Notes: generated from the letters alone by a model not told the origin. A DNA stretch of 64,000 nucleotides from Deltaproteobacteria bacterium (GCA_020632715.1 JACKFA010000002.1:578122-642121), one strand, 5' to 3'. Counted from the first letter of the stretch, positions 17,453-30,400 are shown. A program made the numbers and translations.

Positions 17453-19517
17453 CTACGGCGCGCCCGGGCCCACCGTGAGCGCCCCGTCGGCCCCGATCCT
17501 CACGAGCGGGTGCACGTTCACGCGGTTCGCCCACGCGAGCGCCTCGGCCTCCGTGCCCTCGACCACGTAGAAGACCCAGCTCGCGCCTGCGCCCTCGGGG
17601 ATCGTGCGGTCGATGAAGCGCACGCGGTCGTCGTCCGGCGCCACCCGCGCCGCGATGTGCGCCGTCCGCGTGTCCTTCACGAGCCACCGACCCCCGCCGA
17701 GCCCGATGAGCCCGTTCGCGAGCGGCAGGTACGCCTCGCCCTTCTGCAGCGTGAAGTCGGACAGCGCGTAGCTCCGCACCTCGTCCTCGATGAGGCCCGG
17801 GCAGTACGCGAGCGCGTCGCCCGCCCGCGCGAAGGCCGCCGACACGTCGCGCGCGTCGCAGGCGTCGTCCCCCTCCGCGCACGGGGTCGCCGCCGACCAC
17901 GTGAGCGTCCAGCGCGTGATGGCGCCCGCCACCGCCGCCGTCGCGCTCGCGTCGCGGTTGTCGCCCGCGAGCTCGGGCGCCCCCGTCGCGGGCGTCGCGG
18001 CGACCCACTCGGGCTCGAGGGCCGTGGCCGCGTCGACCAGCGCGCGCTCCTTCAGGTCGACGACGACGTCGCCCGCGGCCTCGCCGAGGGCCTCCCGCGC
18101 CGCGGCGATGACGGCGTCGGCGTGCGCCGCGGCCGCCTCGCTCTTCTGGAGCCCGTAGCGGATCTCACCCTTCCACGGGTTCACGCCGCTCGCGTCGCTC
18201 ACCTCGGCGTTCCAGAGCTCGCGCCACGCGTCGGCGAGGTCGGCCCGCCACGCGCTCGTCGCGACCCCGCGCGCGCCCGCGACCTCGTCGAGCACCTGCG
18301 CCGCCATCACGTGGAGCCGCGCCCGCGCGTTCGTCGTCCGGACGCGGTTGTCCTCGTCCTGCCCCACGAAGACCTGGTTCCGCCCGCCGAGCCAGCGGTG
18401 GATGCTGTCCGTGCTCGGCGGCTGCCACGTGCCGTCGAGGAGCGGCGGCGCCGGCTTCTTCTCGACGCCGAGCGCCGCGAGCTGCGCGACGTAGCTCCCG
18501 ATCGTGGCGACGCTGTAGCCCGCGGCCTCCTGCGCCTCGACGGCCTCCTCGTACTCGGCGATGCGCGCCGGGTCGGCGTCGCCGAGGGGGGCCGTGTAGG
18601 GGTTCACGTAGTTCGCGACCGCGCGCAGCTCACCGTCGTCGAAGAACGTCCACGCGACGTCGACGCCGCTCTCGGGGTCCACGCCGCCCGGCCCCACGAT
18701 GAGCGTGCCGCCCTCGCTCTCGTACCAGGGCCACCAGGCGCCGTCGCCGCGCACGTAGCGCCAGAGGTTCTTCGGGTACACGCCCACCTCGTAGCCCTCG
18801 GCGACCAGCATCCGCTGCCGCCCCTCGCCGGCCTGCCCCTCCTGGTTGAAGACCACCGCCGAGAGCGGGAGGCAGCTCTCCGCGAAGACCTCCCTCGTGC
18901 GCGCGATGGAGCGCGCGAGGTCCTCCGCGGGGAACGCGAGGAAGAGCTGGTCCGAGTAGTGGAAGCTCACGATCTCGGCCTGGCCGCGCTCGGCGAGGCG
19001 CCGGAGCTTGTCGAGCACGTCCGGGTGGCGCGCCGCCATGACCTCGACCATGTACGCCTGCATCTCGAGGTCGACGCCCCAGGTCGGGTGGCGGTCGTAG
19101 ACGTCGAGGATCGGCTCGAAGGTCTGCCGGATGATCCAGTCCTCGACCTTGTCGTTGTCCCAGCCGGCGACGAGCTCGCCCGCGTCGGCGAGCGTCTGGA
19201 GCACACCGTCCTCGTCGGTGTACTCGAGCCCGCCCGCGACGTACTGCAGGTTGAAGTGGAAGAGCGCGAGCGCCATCTTCGTCTGCCCCGCCGGGAGCGT
19301 CACCGGCGGGACGCGCGAGTAGCAGACGGGGGAGCTGTCGGGCTCGGGGGCCGTGTCCGCCGCGATGTCGCCGGCGCCGTCGGCCCCGTCGACGTCGGCG
19401 GGCGCGGTGTCCGCGTCGGTCAGCGTGTCCGCGACGGCGTCCGCGCCGCCGTTCGCCCCGTCGTCGCCGCACGCGGCGCCGAGCGCGAGCCCGAGCCCGA
19501 GCGCCGTGAGCGCGACC

Positions 19518-19534
<17 letters not shown>
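17453..19534 (-). CDS. Secreted lipoprotein, possibly glycoside-hydrolase-like (weak GH57-like motifs)
   Basis: Lipoprotein signal MAARIEVALTALGLGLALGAAC, then an Asp/Ala-rich linker, then a ~600-aa domain with FHFNLQYVAGG, HPTWGVDLEMQAYM and SFHYSDQLF. Function is a weak inference. Confidence 0.5.
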
Positions 19535-20976
<1,442 letters not shown>

Positions 20977-21102
20977 AGGCGCTCGGGAGCATTCGCCAAG
21001 GAGTCCCGTGTTTCAACCGGCGTCACGGGCGGATGGGCGATTTTGGAATCCGGCCGGGCGACCGTGATAGCGTCGAGAGGCGAAGACGATCGGGGTGCCG
21101 CG

Positions 21103-21828
21103 ATGGGCTTTTCATGGACGGTGCGGGGGATGGCGCTCGGGGTGGTGGCGCTCGGGGCGCTCCTCGCCGGGGCGGCGTCGGCGCGCGCGGGCATCGCGCT
21201 CGACCGGGTGATCGTGGACTTCCGGGCGGGCGGGGAGATCGCGCAGGACATCGTGGTGACCAACACGGGAGACGACCGGCAGTACGTGCTGGTCGAGCCG
21301 CGCGAGATCGTCGAGCCCGGGACGCCCAACGAGCACGAGGAGGTCAAGAAGGACCCGAACGAGCTCGGCTTGCTGGTGACGCCGAACCGGCTCGTGCTCG
21401 ACCCGGGGCAGCGGAAGATCGTGCGGCTCGTGGTGGTGACGAAGGACCGGCGGAAGGAGCGGATCTACCGGGTGCGGGTGCGGCCGGTGGAGGCGCCGAA
21501 CCGGGGGGACGAGAAGGAGGGGGCGCAGGTCCGGATCCTCGTCGCGTACGACGCGCTCGTGATGGTGAGGCCGCCGGGCGCCGAGGCGCGCGTCGTGAGC
21601 GAGCGGCGGGGGGACACGATCACGTTCCAGAACGCCGGCACGACGAACGCGCTGCTCACGGGCGAGCCGCAGTGCGACGCGAGCGGGAAGGCGTGCGCGC
21701 CGCCCGAGGCCGCGCGGCTCTACGCGGGCACCATCAAGAAGGTGACCGTGAAGCACCCGACGGCGGTGACGTATCGCGTGCAGTGGATGGACGAGAGCGA
21801 GGTCGTCACGATCCCGGCGGCGAAGTAG
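21103..21828 (+). CDS. Periplasmic pilus-assembly chaperone (PapD/CsuC-like)
   Basis: Signal peptide MGFSWTVRGMALGVVALGALLAGAASARA. RVIVDFRAGGEIAQDIVVTNTGDDRQYVLVEP and LVTPNRLVLDPGQRKIVRLVVV match the chaperone N-domain donor-strand and F1/G1 patterns. Confidence 0.55.
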   Translation: MGFSWTVRGMALGVVALGALLAGAASARAGIALDRVIVDFRAGGEIAQDIVVTNTGDDRQYVLVEPREIVEPGTPNEHEEVKKDPNELGLLVTPNRLVLDPGQRKIVRLVVVTKDRRKERIYRVRVRPVEAPNRGDEKEGAQVRILVAYDALVMVRPPGAEARVVSERRGDTITFQNAGTTNALLTGEPQCDASGKACAPPEAARLYAGTIKKVTVKHPTAVTYRVQWMDESEVVTIPAAK

Positions 21829-22915
21829 CGCGGCGGCGGGCGAGGGCGAGCGCGAGGAGCAGGGCGAAGGCGAGGGCGGCGAGGGGCTCGGCGCCGGCGC
21901 CCTGGCAGCCGCTGCCGACCGTGGTCGTCGGGCGGACGGTGGCGGAGGCGTCGTCGCCGCCCGCGCGCGTGTCTTCGCCTGTCGTGCCCGCGTCCTCGCC
22001 TGTCGCGCGCGTGTCCTCGCCGTTCGTGCCCGGGTCGGCGCAGACGCTCTCGCCGAGGGTCGGGTCGTACGCCGCGACGCTCGCCCGGCAGTCCTCGGAG
22101 CGGAGCGCGTCGATGTACACATCGAGCGGCAGCGAGACCCTGGCGGTGGCGCCGAACTGACCGCTCTCGCACGTGACCCCGGCGTCGGAGACGGTCTGGT
22201 GCGAGCGCGGGAGTGGGTCGTAGCCGCTCGTGACGACGACGAGGGCGCGACGCCCGACGACGTCGTCGATGACCGGCGTCACGTCGATGAGATCGCCCAC
22301 CGCGACGAGCGAGTCGCCGTGGAGCGCGTCGACGCGGAGCGTGGCCGGGTGTGACGCGTCACCGAGCGACTCGAGCCTCCCGTCGGCGATGGCCGCGTCC
22401 GGTCCCGTCCCGGAGATGTTGCAGAGGCACGCCGAGCGCTCGACGAAGCAGTACTCGGGCTGGATGCGCGCGGCCTCGTGCCAGGAGAGGCCGGCGCGGG
22501 CGAGCCAGGCGTCGACCTCGGGGTCGCCTGCGAGCTCCTGGATGGTCGCGGTGAGGTGGGTCCTCCGGATGCGCTCGACGAGGGCGTCCTCGCCGTCGTC
22601 GGCCATGAGCTGTCCGACGGCGCAGTGGACGCCTCGCTCGTCGACGAAGATGGGCACGAGGCGCCCGGGGAACGCGGTGTTCTCGGGGAAGACGCAGGCC
22701 TCCCGATAGGCCCGGAGCGCGTCGATGTGGCGGGCGCGGCTCGCGCGCTGCGCGGGCGTGAGCGCCGAGACGTCGGCCGCGAGGAGCTCCGCCTCGACGA
22801 CCCGCAGGTGCGCCTGGATCTCGGGCCGGTCGCAGGGCGCCGGGGCGGCGGCCTGGGCGGGCGCCGCGAGGAGGAGGAGCAGGGCGACGAGAGAGCGCGA
22901 CGACACGCAGCGCAA
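21806..22915 (-). CDS. Secreted protein with C-terminal MYXO-CTERM sorting signal
   Basis: N-terminal signal MRCVSSRSLVALLLLLAAPAQAAAP. C-terminus ...GSGCQGAGAEPLAALAFALLLALALARRRATSPPGS: Cys, then Gly/Ala, a hydrophobic helix, then RRR. Preceded by a (TGEDTRA)-like repeat. Confidence 0.65.
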   Translation of the reverse strand: MRCVSSRSLVALLLLLAAPAQAAAPAPCDRPEIQAHLRVVEAELLAADVSALTPAQRASRARHIDALRAYREACVFPENTAFPGRLVPIFVDERGVHCAVGQLMADDGEDALVERIRRTHLTATIQELAGDPEVDAWLARAGLSWHEAARIQPEYCFVERSACLCNISGTGPDAAIADGRLESLGDASHPATLRVDALHGDSLVAVGDLIDVTPVIDDVVGRRALVVVTSGYDPLPRSHQTVSDAGVTCESGQFGATARVSLPLDVYIDALRSEDCRASVAAYDPTLGESVCADPGTNGEDTRATGEDAGTTGEDTRAGGDDASATVRPTTTVGSGCQGAGAEPLAALAFALLLALALARRRATSPPGS

Positions 22916-23095
22916 CAGGGCCTCCGCGGGGTGTGGTGGTAGTCGCCTACATGTCTCGGGGATCGCGCGGCCCGAGTCAACGCTCTGGCGGCGCGGTCTC
23001 GCCAGCGCGCGCGGTCGTGAACCTCGCGATCGCGGAGCTCGACTCCGTGCTCGCGAGGCTGGCCCCGCGCGCCGGCTGGCGCCCCGGCCCCCCGA

Positions 23096-23869
23096 TCACG
23101 CCGGCGCGGGCAGGATCATCGTCGCCTCGTCGTCCTCCCCGTCCACGCTCTTCTGCGCCCGCCGCTGCGCGTCCGCGTTCATCTTCTTCCAGCCGTGGAG
23201 GAGCCGCGCGCACCGCTCCGCCCGCTCGGGCCCCGCCGTCTTCATCACGAACTCCACGTTCTGCGCGAAGTTCGACAGCGCCGAGTACGCGTTCCGCCGC
23301 GTCTCGAAGAGCTCGTGCACCGGCGAGACCAGCGTCGTCTTCGCGTCGAGATCCGCGAGCTTCGCGAGCTTCACCCGCATCGCCTCGACCGCCTCCCGCG
23401 CCTCCCGCTCGGCCTCCCGCACCTGCGGCACCGCCGCCTCCACGATCGCCATCCCCGGCCGCACCGCGTCGCCCTGGAGCCGGTTCGTGAACGCCGTCGC
23501 CTCCGCGACCTCCCGCTCGTACGACACCGTGATCGACGAGAGCCCGCCCGGGTAGAGCGTCGCCCGCGCCCGCGCCACCGCCGCCCGCTCCTCCGAGGTC
23601 CCGCGCGACTCGAACGCCGCGAGCACGCCGTGGATGAAGCGGTGCGCGTCGTCGTGCTTCGCGTCCTCGTACATGAGCTGCGCGCGCAGCGTGCGCCCGC
23701 CGTCGTCCTCGCGCTGCCGCCCGACGAGCCGCTCGAGGCTCTTCGCGTACTCCTCGAGCTGCGGGAGCTGCCAGGCGAGCCCGGGCTCCGCCTCCGCCGA
23801 CGCGCGCGTCGGGCCGGTGGTCAGATCGCGCAGCACAGAAAGGATCTCCGTCGCCGTGGGCGTCGCCAT
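23096..23869 (-). CDS. Hypothetical protein of 257 aa, Glu/Arg/Ala-rich and predicted helical
   Basis: Internal start MATPTATEILSVLRDL. The ORF-track N-terminal extension is Gly/Arg junk and would overlap the usher gene. No recognisable motifs. Confidence 0.45.
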   Translation of the reverse strand: MATPTATEILSVLRDLTTGPTRASAEAEPGLAWQLPQLEEYAKSLERLVGRQREDDGGRTLRAQLMYEDAKHDDAHRFIHGVLAAFESRGTSEERAAVARARATLYPGGLSSITVSYEREVAEATAFTNRLQGDAVRPGMAIVEAAVPQVREAEREAREAVEAMRVKLAKLADLDAKTTLVSPVHELFETRRNAYSALSNFAQNVEFVMKTAGPERAERCARLLHGWKKMNADAQRRAQKSVDGEDDEATMILPAPA

Positions 23870-23997
23870 CTCGCGCCTCCATCGCTGTGGTGGGGTCTCG
23901 ACGCCCGTAGCTGGCCAGGCGCGTCCGTCGACTCTCGACCTTCCCGCGCCCCCGCGCAAGGGACGGCCAAGTTCGATCGGGGGCGGCGCCCCCGAGC

Positions 23998-26565
23998 TCA
24001 GCGGCAGGTGCGCGCCCCGACCGACGTGAAGCTCTCGTCGAGCGCGACCGCGCCGAGCGAGACGCGGCACCCGGCGCCCTCCTTCGGCTGCAGCACGAGG
24101 TCCACGCCCGGCGTCACCACGACCTGGAACCACCCCTCGTCGTCCGTGAGCGTCACGTCGCGCCCGCCCGTGACCACCGCGCCCGCGACCGGCCGCCCCT
24201 CGGGCGTCACCGCCTGCCCGAACACCGTCGTGTAGGCGCGCGCGTCCCACGTGAGCGTCTCGACGCAGCCCGGGAAGAGCGTGACCGTCCGCGGCGCGAG
24301 GTCCACGTCGACGAAGTGCGGCCCCGGCACCGGCGCGAGCGTGACCTGGTACTCGCGGTAGGGCAGGAGGTAGAAGATCCGCCGCTCGCCCGCTCGCAGC
24401 GTGCGGCGGTCGCCCCCGGAGACGCCGCCGGCGCCTGTCTGATCGCGGATCGTCACCGCGAACTCCGCGCCCGCCGGGTAGCGCTTCTGCTGCGCGTCCA
24501 CCTCGACGATGAGCGCCGAGTCGCCCACGAAGCGCCCGCCGAAGAGGGCGCCGTCGCCGTCGATGGCGCCGGAGAGGCGGAAGCTCCCGAAGTAGCGGGT
24601 CGCGGCGTTGTCGGCCGCGAGGTCGCGGTCGACCGCGGCGTAGAGCTCGCCCAGGACGCCGCGGTAGGAGGCGTCGAGGTGGCCGTCGGTCTGCTCGGCG
24701 TGGCGGTCGGCGATGGCGCGGACGCGGATCTCGTCGTCGAGCCAGTCCCCGTCGTCGAGCTGGAGGTCCACGCGGGCGCGCGGGGTCACCTGGGGCTCGC
24801 TCTGCGCGACGGCGCCGTCGTCGTCGCGGTAGTCGGCGCCGCCGGCGAGGGTGCCGAGGAGGTGCGGGAGGCTCACGCGCAGCTGGAGGAGCGCCGAGCC
24901 CGTGATGGCGGCGTTCTCGGACCAGTCGGCGTTCGCGAGGAGCTCGAGGCCGGCGACGCGCCCCTGGGTGACGGCCCAGCGGAGGCGCCCGGCGGCGGCG
25001 AGGCGGCCGTCGTCGCCGAAGCGCTGGTAGCTGCCCTGGAGGTTCAGGCTCACGGGGCCGAGGGAGAGGCCGGCGGAGGCGCCGAGGGAGGTCCCGTCGG
25101 CCGGGAGGACGGGGGAGAGCGTGTCGGGGTCGTGGCGGGCGACGTGGCGGCCGTAGAGCGAGGCGTAGACGGGGCCGAGGCGCGCGAGGAGGGAGCCCGT
25201 GAGGCCCCAGTCGAGGTCGCTCGAGACGAGGCCCGTGAGGACGAGCTCGAGGGGCTCCGTGACGACGACGAGCTTCGGCTCGGCGGTGAGGGCGAGGTCC
25301 TCGCGGCCGACGACATCGGCGCCGAGGCCGAGCCAGGGGAGGACGCGGTGGAGGGTGACGGCGCGCGCGTAGGCGATGCGCTCGCCGCCGTCGAAGGTGA
25401 AGCCGAGCTCGCCGAGCCAGAGCGGGTGCGAGCCGGGCGGCATGCGGTACGTGCGGATGAGGAAGCGCTCCTCGTAGCGGGGCTCGCCGCCGGCCTCCTC
25501 GCGGATCTCGAGGGTGACCGGGTAGGCGCCGAGCGGGAGGGAGTCGGTGTCGAGGACCTGCGGGCCCTGGTCGTATTCGCGCGTGGCGTAGCGGCGGCCG
25601 TCCTTCAGGATGGTGACGACCGAGGGGCGCGCGAGGAGGACGACGAGGTCGTTCCCGATGGCCTGGCGCGGGCGGTAGAGCGTGTCGGTGGGGGTGGAGA
25701 GGGAGAGGGAGACGGTGCGCGGGAGCGAGGAGAAGGCGGTGCCGTGGGGGGCGATGAGGCCGGCCTCGAAGTGGAAGCCGTCGGCGTCGTGCTCGGCGGC
25801 GGCTTCGTCGACGCGGGGGTCGGTGCGCGACATGAAGGAGAGGTCGGCGCGGAGGCGCGAGGCGTCGAAGGCGAGGAGGGTGCGGCTCCGGAGGGCGAGG
25901 GTGGGCTCCTGCACGCCGCCGGTCGAGCCGTAGACGGAGCCCTGCACGGTCTCGAGGAGGGAGAGGCCGGTGTCGGGGCTGTCGAGGTACTCGCGCGGGC
26001 GGCCGGCGAGGGAGGAGAGGAAGACGGGGGCCACGAAGACCGTGACCTTGTACTTCGAGCTGTCGAAGAGGATGGCGGCGACCTCGGGCTCGAGGCGGCC
26101 GCAGCCGGGGGCCTTCGTGCGGGTGCCGCAGACCTTGCCCTCGTGGGCGTCGAGGTCGCCCGTGAGGGCCTGCGTGACCTCGGCCTTGCCGATGACGTTC
26201 GGGACCTTGGCGACGACCGCGGCGGGGTCCTCGAAGCGGAGGCGGCCTTGGCCGAAGGTGGCGCGGAACTGGCCGAGGCGGAGCCCCGCCCAGTAGACGT
26301 CGACGAAGGTGGTCTCGGGGCCGGCGAGGTCCTCGAAGCCGGGCGGGACGTCGCTCCGCGGCGGCGGGCCCGGCGGGGGAGGGGGCGCGTCGTCGGGATC
26401 GAGGGGGGCGTCCGGCGAGGCGGCGGGCGGGCCGGCGGCGCCGGCGGGAGGCGCGTGCGCGAGCCCCAATACGACGAAGAGCAGGGCCAGCGCTGGACCT
26501 GCTCTTCGGAGGGTGCCGCGCGCCGCGATGGGACGCGGCGCCGCGGGGTGAAGGGTTCGCGTCAC
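23998..26565 (-). CDS. Fimbrial usher protein (outer-membrane usher of a chaperone-usher pilus)
   Basis: 855 aa with a signal peptide. The N-terminal and plug regions resemble FimD/PapC (VDVYWAGLRLGQFRATF...RLRFEDP; CGTRTKAPGCGRL). The C-terminus ...GCRVSLGAVALDESFTSVGARTCR has the usher-typical terminal Cys pair ending in CR. Confidence 0.6.
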   Translation of the reverse strand: MTRTLHPAAPRPIAARGTLRRAGPALALLFVVLGLAHAPPAGAAGPPAASPDAPLDPDDAPPPPPGPPPRSDVPPGFEDLAGPETTFVDVYWAGLRLGQFRATFGQGRLRFEDPAAVVAKVPNVIGKAEVTQALTGDLDAHEGKVCGTRTKAPGCGRLEPEVAAILFDSSKYKVTVFVAPVFLSSLAGRPREYLDSPDTGLSLLETVQGSVYGSTGGVQEPTLALRSRTLLAFDASRLRADLSFMSRTDPRVDEAAAEHDADGFHFEAGLIAPHGTAFSSLPRTVSLSLSTPTDTLYRPRQAIGNDLVVLLARPSVVTILKDGRRYATREYDQGPQVLDTDSLPLGAYPVTLEIREEAGGEPRYEERFLIRTYRMPPGSHPLWLGELGFTFDGGERIAYARAVTLHRVLPWLGLGADVVGREDLALTAEPKLVVVTEPLELVLTGLVSSDLDWGLTGSLLARLGPVYASLYGRHVARHDPDTLSPVLPADGTSLGASAGLSLGPVSLNLQGSYQRFGDDGRLAAAGRLRWAVTQGRVAGLELLANADWSENAAITGSALLQLRVSLPHLLGTLAGGADYRDDDGAVAQSEPQVTPRARVDLQLDDGDWLDDEIRVRAIADRHAEQTDGHLDASYRGVLGELYAAVDRDLAADNAATRYFGSFRLSGAIDGDGALFGGRFVGDSALIVEVDAQQKRYPAGAEFAVTIRDQTGAGGVSGGDRRTLRAGERRIFYLLPYREYQVTLAPVPGPHFVDVDLAPRTVTLFPGCVETLTWDARAYTTVFGQAVTPEGRPVAGAVVTGGRDVTLTDDEGWFQVVVTPGVDLVLQPKEGAGCRVSLGAVALDESFTSVGARTCR

Positions 26566-26577
26566 GCGAACCGGACG

Positions 26578-27096
26578 TTAGATAGGGGCGACAGTAAGCG
26601 TCAAGGTCGTCGTGTAGTGACCAGTCGTGGCGGTATCCACGTCAGCCTGCACGGGTGTGATGTGGAGAGCGGCGTTGGAGGCAGAACAGCTCACGTCCGT
26701 CGTCCCGATGAACGGACCGGCGTTGGCACCGACGGTCACGGTGTTCCCGGTGGTGGTCGCGTCGTCCCAGGTAGCCGTGAAGCCGATGGTGACGCCGGTG
26801 TCGTCCACGTTGTCGAGCGTGAAGTCGCCACCGTTGGAGGTCGAAGCGATGTCGAGCGTGTACTGGGCTCCCGGCGACGAGCTGTACACGCAGATGCCGT
26901 TGGCGTCCGCTGTTGTCACACCGTTTCCCGGAACGAGCGTGAGGCTCAAGTTCGCGTTGACGCCGCTGATGCTGACCGCGGGGTTCACATCCCCCTGCAG
27001 CGTGATGGTGGCGTCGGGCGCAGCGAGCGCCGCACCAGCCAAGATCGTGACAAACGCGACCGCGATCCCCTGAACCGCACGCATCAGTGAACGCAT
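26578..27096 (-). CDS. Spore coat protein U (SCPU) domain pilin subunit (Csu/archaic chaperone-usher family)
   Basis: 172 aa with signal peptide MRSLMRAVQGIAVAFVTILAGAALA. The mature region is a Thr/Gly/Asn-rich beta sequence typical of SCPU/CsuA-B subunits (ATITLQGDVNPAVSISGVNANLSLTL...). Lies directly upstream of the usher. Confidence 0.65.
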   Translation of the reverse strand: MRSLMRAVQGIAVAFVTILAGAALAAPDATITLQGDVNPAVSISGVNANLSLTLVPGNGVTTADANGICVYSSSPGAQYTLDIASTSNGGDFTLDNVDDTGVTIGFTATWDDATTTGNTVTVGANAGPFIGTTDVSCSASNAALHITPVQADVDTATTGHYTTTLTLTVAPI

Positions 27097-27493
27097 CGTT
27101 TTCCCCCGCTTTTCGTTCTGTGACTGATGACGGTGGGAGGTCCCCCACCTGGTTCACCCACGGTAAGGGACCCCCGAGAGCCGGATCCATAGCCTTCCAG
27201 GCGGCCGCGCCGTACCCGGATACGGCCGATCGGGCGCTCACCCCGCTCTTTGGCGGCTCATCCGTGATCGGCGATAACGCAGCGATTACATTTTCTTACG
27301 CTTTCCGTCTTCAGCCGCGCGCCGTCGGCCGCCCGCGCCGGATCGTGGCGCGTCGTACTCATGACCGCGCTACGGGCCGCCCCGAGCCCCTCGGTCACCC
27401 GGTTCGAGCCCCGGTCCCAGAAAGCCGAAGGCCCGCCGGCGCTGACGCCGACGGGCCCTCCGTCATCTCACCGGGCGAACAGCCCGGACCGCG

Positions 27494-30400
27494 CTACCAG
27501 TTCCTGTTCGACGCCGACCCGTCCGCGCCCGCCTGGCCGGCCTGCCCGACGGACGTCCCGCCGAACCCGCCGCGCCCGCCGAAGCCGCCCGAGAGGAACG
27601 TGTTGAAGTTCTGGAAGGTCGGCGTCCCGCTGTAGTTGTGCAGGTAGATGCCGAACGAGGCGCCGCCCTGGCCGCCGCCGCCGCCACCGCCGTGGCCGCC
27701 GTCGCCGCCCTGGCCGCCGCGGCCGCCGAAGCCCATCGCGTAGGTCCAGCGCCCGTAGGTGAGGCCGCCGTCGCCGCCGTTGCCGCCGAGGCCGCCCTTG
27801 CCGCCGCTGCCGCCGGCGCCGCCGTCGCCGCCCGTGCCGCGCGTCACCGTGTTGCCCGTGATGACCGGCAGGCTCCCGATGGCCGTCGACGCCGTGTTCG
27901 TGATGAAGATGCCGAACGACCCGCCACCCGGCTGCCCGCCGGTGCCCGCCGTGCCGCCGCAGCCGCCCGCGCCGCCGCCACCACCCGACCCGCCGAGCGA
28001 GTCGTCGGTGTTGTCGCCGCCCGACGAGCAGTCGCTCGTCACGTCCGCGCCGCCGCCGGCGCCACCGCCGCCGCCGCCGCCGCCGTGCGTGCCCGCCGTG
28101 CCGGCCGAGCCCGCGTAGCCCTTCCACTCGAACGACGTGACCTGACCGTTGTTCGCCGCCGCGCCCGCGCCGCCCGACCGGTCCGTCCCGCGCCCGCCGT
28201 TCGCGCCCGGGAGACCCGTCGCCGAGTAGCCGCCCGTGCCGAACGTGCCGCAGTTCGTGCTCTTCCGGTCGTGGCCGCCCTCGCCGCCGCCGCCCGCCGT
28301 GCCGTTGCCGGTGCCGGCCGTGCTGCCGCCGCCGCCCGAGGGCTGCTGGTCGTAGTCGGTGCCGCTCTCGAGCGTGTTCGGGCACTTCGCCGAGGCGCCG
28401 CCGCCGCCCGCGACGCTCGTGCCGCCGCAGGTGTTGCTGCCGCCGCCGCCGCAGCTCGTCGCGTCCTTCGTGTTCGTGTCCGAGTTCCAGCAGTTCGGCA
28501 CGTTGCCAGGGACGTCCGCGGCGCTCGTGCAGTTGTTGTACGTGTTCGTGAGGATCGAGCGCTCGCCGATCTGCCCGTTGCCGCCGTCGCTCCCGAGCGT
28601 CCCGTTCGAGCCGTTGGTGCCGACGCCGCCCGAGCCGCCGAAGATCACGTTGCTCCGGATCTCGAGCTTGTTGTTCGAGTCCTTCACCCAGATCGCGTAG
28701 CTGTTGCCGCTCGGCGCGAAGCTCGACTGCCCGTCGATGATGAAGCCCTCGAGGACGGTGGTCTTCGTCGTGATGCCCTGCGCGATGATGGTCTTCACGT
28801 GCGTCACGATGGACGACGCCCCGCGGATCGTCGTGTTCGTCGCCGCCACGTTCCGCTCCCACGTGTCCGCGCGGTAGCCGCCGAGGAGCGACACGCCGTC
28901 GACGAGCGACACCGTCTCCTCGTAGAGCCCGTCCGCCACGAGCACCTTCGTCCGGCCCGCCGCCACCGCGCGCGTGATGCCGTAGCCGATGGTGCGGCAC
29001 GGGAAGTTCCCGCCGCCCGTGCCCGTCCCGACCGGGCCGAGGCCGCAGCCCGCCGTGTCCTGCGCGAGCGCCTGCGTGTTCGACACGTAGATCGCGACCG
29101 GGTCGAGCATGAACTCGCAGCCGTCGTCCGGGACGCCGTTCAGGTTGTAGAAGTAGTTCGTCACACCCGCGCAGCGCGGGTTCGTGCTCCCCGGCGCGCA
29201 GCACTGGAGCCCGCACGTCGGCGTGCCCGTCGCGTTGCACGTGCCGTAGCCGTTCGCCTTCGCGAAGATCGTCGTACAGTCGGTGAAGCAGTTCCCGCAG
29301 AAGTCATCGCGGTAGTACTTGCCCTGCGCGTTGACGAAGCCGTTGTCGGTGACGCCGTTGCAGTCGTTGTCGAGGAGGTCGCAGGTCTCCGTGCCCGCGG
29401 TGCCGGCCGTCGCCGAGCAGGACACGCCGTTGCCGCCCGCGTTGCAGATGTAGTTGCCGAACGCCTTGCACGTGCCGACGCCGACGCTGCAGAGCTGCCC
29501 CTTCGTCGGGTAGTCCTCGTCGATGGCGCCGTCGCAGTCGTCGTCGAGGTTGTTGCAGAGCCCCGTCTCGTTCGACACCGCCGGCGTCCCGCCGCTCTTG
29601 CTGCACTCCGTCGCGCTCCCGTTCGCCGAGCACTGGTAGACGCCCGTCTGCTGGCACACGCCCTGGCCCATCGTGCACGGCTGGCCCTTGTTCGCCCACG
29701 CCGCGTTCTCGTCGACCTGCCCGTTGCAGTCGTTGTCGACGCCGTCGCAGATCTCCGTCGACGCCGCCCCCGCGACCGCGTTGCACGTCGTGCTCGCGCC
29801 GTTCGCCGTGCACACGTAGAACCCGAAGCGCTGGCAGGCGCCGACGCCGTTGCTGCAGCTCTGGTTCAGGTTGCCGAAGCCCTCGTCGGTCGTGCCGTCG
29901 CAGTCGTCGTCCTGGTAGTTGCAGATCTCGGCCGCCGGGGTCTTGCCGACGCACGTGAGGCCCGACGACCCGCCCGCGCAGTCCTGGACACCGGCGCACG
30001 AGCCGAACCCGTTCGTGATGCTGCAGCTCTGGCCGCGCCCGGCGACGTCGTCGATGGCGCTGTTGCAGTTGTTGTCGACGTTGTCGCAGATCTCCGTCGC
30101 GGGCGTGAGCGCCGTGCAGGAGCTCCAGCCGGTCGACGGGTTGCACGTCTCGCTGCCGTAGCAGGTGCCGATCGCGTTCGACTTCAGGCAGGTGCGGGTC
30201 TTCCCGGTGTCACCCGCGAGGCACGTGCACGACGCCGACTGCGGCACGCACTGCTTGAAGCCGCCCGTCACGTCCTGGCACGTGTAGCCGCTCGGGCACA
30301 CGCCCGCCGCCGTCCCGTGCAGGTTGCCCGCGCTGCAGTCGATGCCGCAGTACTGGCCGCCGTCGAGCGCGAGGCACTTGTCGCCCGGGGTCGGGCAGTT

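Noticed and set aside
24316-27090. 924-aa + strand ORF opposite the usher/SCPU genes, and 56270..59038 (-) opposite the protease, 59357..61570 (-), 61467..63466 (-)
   Set aside because: All are GC-driven antisense ORFs with low-complexity Arg/Gly/Asp translations overlapping genes with clear homology signatures.
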